Assembly: GCA_022545625.1 (NCBI GenBank)
Contig: JACZQS010000001.1
Coordinates: 1 to 30,183, forward strand
Direction: 5' to 3'
DNA: 30,183 nt
From: Pseudomonadota bacterium
GTDB taxonomy: Bacteria > Pseudomonadota > Gammaproteobacteria > GCA-001735895
Made by a program: the position numbers and the translations under genes. The notes beneath the pieces are model-generated. The model had not been told where the DNA came from and did not search any database. It saw nothing but the letters and a program-made list of their open reading frames with translations. Within the stretch, counting starts at the first letter, position 1, and the number at the start of each line of letters is the position of its first letter. Shown in pieces: positions 25,255-30,183 of the stretch.

Positions 25255-27354
25255 TCACTCGCAGGAATGCAAGGACCTTACCAGTTGGCGAAGTACCTGC
25301 TGGACCTGTTTTCGTCCAACAACTCCAGAAGATCGATCGAGCCGGTCCCAGTCTCGATTCTGCACTGCCTTTTCAATCAACCAGGGGTGTACCTCGGTAT
25401 CCGCTGGCAAGCTGGCAATTTTCTGCATGACAAATCGCTGCAAGCTACCAAAACACAGTTCGAATCCCTTGTGGCCACAGGCAAATGCATGCACTTCGGC
25501 TAAATCCATTGTCGACATCACCGGATTAAAGCGACAATAGTTTAACAGAGCAACGACATTCGCTACATCCATCGCCTGCAAGAACTGGCATAACCAGACC
25601 GGCAGGTACTCCTGGATGCGATCCTTCAATTTAATTATGTGGTCGTCTAGCTCCTGATTAAGACTCCTGAGCACTGCAACCGAATGATTACCACTCGATT
25701 TTCCCAAGCCGAAGCCGATGTGCACCAGAGAAAAATCGCAACTATGCCAAAATGCAACCGACTCAGAATCAAGCGCGAAGCTCGCACCGATATAGTCAAA
25801 ACCCTGGTCCTCCGCATGCTGTGTGGCGGTTTCGATCAACTGTCGCCCTATTCCAATTCGGCGCCAGGGCTCAAGCACTGCAATTCGCTGAACCCTCAGA
25901 CCCCTGTAGCCAGCAAAGTATTTGTCCCCCGCATGGGCGGTAATCATTTGTGCCAGCAAATGCCCCCTGGGTCGACGTGTGCCGAGATACACCTGTTCGC
26001 ATAGTTCCCTGTCCAGCCCTCCCTCGACATTTAACAGGGCCACAGCTATCAGATCACTCCCTGCTTCGGCCAAAATAACGCGAAGATGTGGATTTTCCAT
26101 CAACATGCGTAGATCCGAGGGTCGTGTACGATAGTGCGCGGAGGTCATCAGTGAATAGACTTTTTCTAGTAGCCCAGGGTTGCCTCCAAGTGCCGCTGCA
26201 TCAAGTATCCGAAGCTGACACGATTTACGTCTACCGGCATCCATAGGTATGGAAGCGGATACTGGCTTTAGTAACAGCGTGGACTCTAGCCAGGCTTCGA
26301 GACAATCGCCCGAGGCCCAGCGTACCGGCAGGGTTAATTCCAGTCGTCGCAGCTGCGCTTTTGGCAGGCGCGCGATAAAACGCAGCAGGAACCCCTGACC
26401 GGTACCTTCGTATCCGCCGGTAGTGGTAGCCATGATAATTTTTCGGTATTGCCTGCACAGTTGTTGCAGCATCGGATAAGGCAACATGGCCGCTTCATCA
26501 ATGATTAGAATAGCGGCAGCCTGTTGCTCGGCAATCAATCGGTCGGGTGCAATGAAGTCAATATCGAGTCCGGTGTTTGACTGGTTTTTCGCCTGAAGTA
26601 TCAAAATTGCAGCAGATTGTCGGGAAGGGGCCGTCACCAAAACTGACGACTGCCGACTTAATAATAAGTTGCCCAGGATAAATCCGAGGCAGGTGCTTTT
26701 TCCCCGACCACGATCGGCAGTAATCAAGGCGATGGATTGATTTTGATCACCCAACCATTCATCGACCTCTGCCATGACCGCTGATTGTTCGGCAGTCTTA
26801 CCCGAGATTAGTGGGGTTGGCCGTGCCCTGGGTAATTTCGGAATCGGGGGAAGATTTTTACCCTGTGTCAGCGTGATACCCCCGGTCGACGGGTGGCCAA
26901 GGCTGTTAAATAGTGATTCGGCAAACACCGGGTGCCTGGATTTCAGGTTATCTTGCCAGATACCATACTGATCTTTAATCGTTCCCCAATTCTGAGGGCC
27001 CGGTGACAGTAGTATCATTAAACCGCCACAACTGACCAGTCCACTCGCGATACACAGTACATCGGGGTTGAGTCCATCAAATAAATCGACCACAACGACA
27101 GGCGATTCGCTGCCCAGTAAAGTTTCAACCCTGTCGAAAGAGACTGGCTGCTCGCACAACTCACGGTTTGATATTGCCAATACATCCTTATATAACGATT
27201 GCACCGAAAGAAAAAGTTCCCTGCACCAGGCCCAATCTCCCTCAATCGATAAAACTAGCCGCTGGTGGGCACCCCGCAATTCGTCCGACAGCAGCCCCAA
27301 CCAACTTATAATTTCGTCTTTAGGGATGCTTCTTGGTGGACTGGTATTCGACAT
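25255..27354 (-). CDS. tmcA: tRNA(Met) cytidine acetyltransferase TmcA
   Basis: DUF1726-like N-terminus, helicase-like TADRGRGKST and IDEAA, TTTGGYEGTGQGF, AHYRTRPSDL, GNAT RVQRIAV...RRIGIG. Confidence 0.95.
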   Translation of the reverse strand: MSNTSPPRSIPKDEIISWLGLLSDELRGAHQRLVLSIEGDWAWCRELFLSVQSLYKDVLAISNRELCEQPVSFDRVETLLGSESPVVVVDLFDGLNPDVLCIASGLVSCGGLMILLSPGPQNWGTIKDQYGIWQDNLKSRHPVFAESLFNSLGHPSTGGITLTQGKNLPPIPKLPRARPTPLISGKTAEQSAVMAEVDEWLGDQNQSIALITADRGRGKSTCLGFILGNLLLSRQSSVLVTAPSRQSAAILILQAKNQSNTGLDIDFIAPDRLIAEQQAAAILIIDEAAMLPYPMLQQLCRQYRKIIMATTTGGYEGTGQGFLLRFIARLPKAQLRRLELTLPVRWASGDCLEAWLESTLLLKPVSASIPMDAGRRKSCQLRILDAAALGGNPGLLEKVYSLMTSAHYRTRPSDLRMLMENPHLRVILAEAGSDLIAVALLNVEGGLDRELCEQVYLGTRRPRGHLLAQMITAHAGDKYFAGYRGLRVQRIAVLEPWRRIGIGRQLIETATQHAEDQGFDYIGASFALDSESVAFWHSCDFSLVHIGFGLGKSSGNHSVAVLRSLNQELDDHIIKLKDRIQEYLPVWLCQFLQAMDVANVVALLNYCRFNPVMSTMDLAEVHAFACGHKGFELCFGSLQRFVMQKIASLPADTEVHPWLIEKAVQNRDWDRLDRSSGVVGRKQVQQVLRQLVRSLHSCE

Positions 27355-27421
27355 TATTGAGTGGACTGGCCGGGAAATCTTTGATTAAATTTGCGTCCGC
27401 ATTATAGGGCAGTGCCTCTCA

Positions 27422-27736
27422 ATGACAAAAGATCAACAAACCCAAATCGAAGCCGCCGCATTTCGCGGGCTGATGCAACACCTGCAACAACGCTCCGATG
27501 TGCAGAACATCGACCTGATGAACCTGGCTGGATTTTGCCGTAACTGTTTAGCGAAATGGTATTCCGCGGCAGCGAAAGACCAGGGTCTCGAATACGATTA
27601 CCCCAGGGCGCAAAAAGTAATCTACGGCATGGAGATTGGCGAATGGAAAGCAAACTTCCAGGGTAAGGCCAGTGACGAGCAAAAGAAACGCTTCGAGGAA
27701 ACCAGCGACCTACACGCTAAAATCACTGGTTACTAG
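27422..27736 (+). CDS. DUF1244 family protein
   Basis: IEAAAFR.L..HL..R.DVQNIDLMNLAGFCRNCLAKWY, IYGM...EWK. Confidence 0.93.
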   Translation: MTKDQQTQIEAAAFRGLMQHLQQRSDVQNIDLMNLAGFCRNCLAKWYSAAAKDQGLEYDYPRAQKVIYGMEIGEWKANFQGKASDEQKKRFEETSDLHAKITGY

Positions 27737-27765
27737 CCCACATATTGCACGAAGGCAGCGACTAC

Positions 27766-29427
27766 TCAACCCTTTCTCAATTCACGCCGCAAAATCTTAC
27801 CCACATTGGTTTTCGGCAGCTCGGACCTGAATTCAACAATTTTGGGAACCTTGTAACCGGTCAAGCTCTCTTTGCAGTGTTTTATCACGTCCTTCTCTGT
27901 CAGCGACTGGTCTTTTTTAACAATAACCGCCTTCACGATTTCCCCACATTTTTCGTCGGGCTCACCGATAACAGCGATCTCCAGAACGCCTTCATGCCCG
28001 GCAATGACCGTTTCTATTTCATTTGGGTAAACGTTAAACCCGGATACCAGAATCATATCCTTCAAACGGTCAACGATGCGAAAGTAACCTGCCGCATCCA
28101 TTTTGGCCACGTCACCGGTTTTCAACCAGCCATCGGAAGTAAATACCTTCGCGGTTTCTTCCTCCTGATTCCAGTAGCCTTTCATTACCTGCGGACCCCG
28201 GACACAAAGTTCGCCCGATTCTCCCTGGGGCATTAATTTCCCATTTTCGTCCTGAATCGAAACTTCAGTCGACGGTATCGGCAGTCCAATACTGCCGTTG
28301 TATTCGGCCAGGCTCAACGGGTTAATACAAACAGCCGGAGAAGTTTCGGTGAGACCATAGGCTTCGATTAGTGGCACACCCGTAGCTTTTTTCCAGCGTT
28401 CGGCAACTGGCTTTTGCACGGCCATGCCTCCACCCAGTGTTATTTTCAATCCCGAAAAATCGATTTCATCGAAACCCGGGGTATTCATCAGGCCAATAAA
28501 CAGGGTATTGACGCCGGTAATCGCGGTAAATGAAACATTTTTCAGCTCCTTGACGAAATTTGGCATATCCCTGGGATTGGTGATTAAGTAATTTTCTGCT
28601 CCCTCTTTCATAAAAGTCAGACAATTCGCAGTGAGCGAAAAAATATGGTAAAGCGGCAGGGCGGTTATAATGACCTCCTTATCAGCGCTGAGATGGTCCT
28701 TAATCCAGGCCGATGCCTGTTGCATATTGGCGACCATATTGCGGTGCGTCAGCATCGCGCCTTTCGCCAAACCCGTAGTGCCACCGGTATATTGTAAGAA
28801 AGCGATGTCTTGATGAGAGCATTCAACCGGCTCGTAAGGTTTCTGTGCCCCATTTTTTAAGGCATCTTTAAAGGTGACACGGCGCGGCAGGGAAAAAGCT
28901 GGCACCATCTTTTTCACATATTTCACCACCAGGTTCACAATTAGCGATTTGGGGAACTTCAGCATATCGCCAAGCTGCGTGGTAATGACATGCTGAATCG
29001 GTGTTTCATCGATGACTTCCTGCAAAACCTGGCAAAAATTTTCCATCACGATGATTGCCTTCGCGCCTGAATCGCTGAGTTGATGCTTTAATTCACGCGT
29101 GGTATAGAGCGGATTTGTATTTACCACGGTAAATCCACAGCGCAGCGCAGCGAATATAGCTATCGGGTTTTGCAAAACATTGGGCATCATTATCGCAATA
29201 CGATCGCCCTTACGCATGTTGGGTAACCGCTGTAGATAGCTGGCTAGATTACCGGTTAAACGATCCATGTCGGCATAACTAAGTGTTGTGCCCAAATTAG
29301 TGAACGCGGGGCTATCACCATATTCGGCAACAGCCCGATCAAATACCTCGGCTATCGATTGATAAGCATCGACGTCGATAGTCGCCGGCATGCCTGGGGG
29401 GTAGCTTTTTAACCATGCCTTATCCAT
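27766..29427 (-). CDS. fadD: Long-chain fatty acid-CoA ligase
   Basis: LQYTGGTTGLAKGAML, EAYGLTETSP, GWLKTGD, IVDRLKDMILVSGFNVYPNEIE, PKTNVGKILRR. Confidence 0.97.
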   Translation of the reverse strand: MDKAWLKSYPPGMPATIDVDAYQSIAEVFDRAVAEYGDSPAFTNLGTTLSYADMDRLTGNLASYLQRLPNMRKGDRIAIMMPNVLQNPIAIFAALRCGFTVVNTNPLYTTRELKHQLSDSGAKAIIVMENFCQVLQEVIDETPIQHVITTQLGDMLKFPKSLIVNLVVKYVKKMVPAFSLPRRVTFKDALKNGAQKPYEPVECSHQDIAFLQYTGGTTGLAKGAMLTHRNMVANMQQASAWIKDHLSADKEVIITALPLYHIFSLTANCLTFMKEGAENYLITNPRDMPNFVKELKNVSFTAITGVNTLFIGLMNTPGFDEIDFSGLKITLGGGMAVQKPVAERWKKATGVPLIEAYGLTETSPAVCINPLSLAEYNGSIGLPIPSTEVSIQDENGKLMPQGESGELCVRGPQVMKGYWNQEEETAKVFTSDGWLKTGDVAKMDAAGYFRIVDRLKDMILVSGFNVYPNEIETVIAGHEGVLEIAVIGEPDEKCGEIVKAVIVKKDQSLTEKDVIKHCKESLTGYKVPKIVEFRSELPKTNVGKILRRELRKG

Positions 29428-29559
29428 CAGTACTCCTTCATTTTCTGCCTGGGCTGAACGCCGCAGTAGATACTATCTACCTCCAGGTCGACTAAATCAA
29501 ATTATGCCAAAGGATGCACATTACTACTGCCGGCAGGTAATACGGTCGGCTAGCCTAAT

Positions 29560-30183
29560 TTATGCAACCTTGCGGTTGCTTTTCTTTACTTGCGCAATAT
29601 CCTGCGGCTCAAAATCATCGACCATTATTACTTTTCTTGTCGCTGCCTGTGCCTGCCGCAAAATTTCCACCTCTTTGACAGTAAGCAAATCTAATCCCAA
29701 CAAATCATCTAGCCACTGCTGGTAAGTTTGCAAATCGGATTTCATCTGATGGCTTGCACGCAGCCTGCGCTCGATTGGCTCCGCCCGAATCACTTTCAAC
29801 AGAGCATCTTCCAGGCATCCGGTGATATCGTTTTCATCGTCACTGATAAAAATGCCCTGGGTTAGCCTATCTCTTGCCTTACCAGGTTTGATCAGCAATG
29901 CCGCCACGCGGTGACTCAGGGAATCGTTGGGTTGACGCAGGCTCAGACCCAACGGAAAAAGGACAACTCTTACCAGCAAACCCAGCCACTTGATCGGAAA
30001 ATTGCGCAGAATCTCGTCAAGCGCCATCTGGATCTGATACAGGCAGTATTTGGCTGACCACTCGACCAATGGAATATCTAACCTGGGACGACCATCGTCC
30101 TCAAATTTCTTCAGTACTGCCGAGGCATAGAACATATAACTCAAGGCATCGGCAAATCGCCCGGACAATTTTTCCTTGCGTTT
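29560..30183 (-). CDS. fadE: Acyl-CoA dehydrogenase FadE, C-terminal DUF1974 part (5' truncated by window)
   Basis: Frame open to window edge: KRKEKLSGRFADALSYMF..SAVLKKFED.GR, LDEILRNFP, RKVIMVDDF; adjacent to fadD. Confidence 0.9.
   Translation of the reverse strand, partial: KRKEKLSGRFADALSYMFYASAVLKKFEDDGRPRLDIPLVEWSAKYCLYQIQMALDEILRNFPIKWLGLLVRVVLFPLGLSLRQPNDSLSHRVAALLIKPGKARDRLTQGIFISDDENDITGCLEDALLKVIRAEPIERRLRASHQMKSDLQTYQQWLDDLLGLDLLTVKEVEILRQAQAATRKVIMVDDFEPQDIAQVKKSNRKVA

Noticed and set aside
27745-28236. 163-aa ORF antisense to fadD
   Set aside because: Shadow of the fadD coding strand; no homology cues.

Overview
Gammaproteobacterial core-chromosome window with no prophage, full-length IS, rRNA, tRNA or CRISPR array that I can see. 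The left part follows the gene order known from Pseudomonas aeruginosa: gshB(3' end)-[apbE]-tonB3-like-algH/yqgE-yqgF-pyrR-pyrB-pyrC' >< pilU-like, pilU, pilT <> yggS-proC-yggT. The middle has a TerB-family gene divergent from oxyR, then a tightly packed operon: grxC-DUF1820-soluble GT2 glycosyltransferase-MTAN/PNP-family nucleosidase-spore photoproduct lyase (SplB)-like radical SAM-SDR. The right part has a membrane HAMP-PAS-GGDEF-EAL protein, msrA, xthA, a YihY-wHTH fusion, DUF924, tmcA, DUF1244, fadD and the 3' end of fadE. The best candidate for an undescribed system is the GT2/nucleosidase/SplB-like/SDR cassette (15067-18440). Its enzyme set parallels the 'radical-SAM adenosylation, base removal, reduction, glycosylation' logic of hopanoid side-chain (HpnH/HpnG/HpnI) and futalosine (MqnE/MqnB) pathways; the function is inferred, not shown. 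Also notable: a ~460-bp nested MITE carrying a CGTC-REP doublet between yqgF and pyrR, and a 60-bp mini-MITE that has rewritten the xthA C-terminus. All family calls are by motif recognition; no database search was run.
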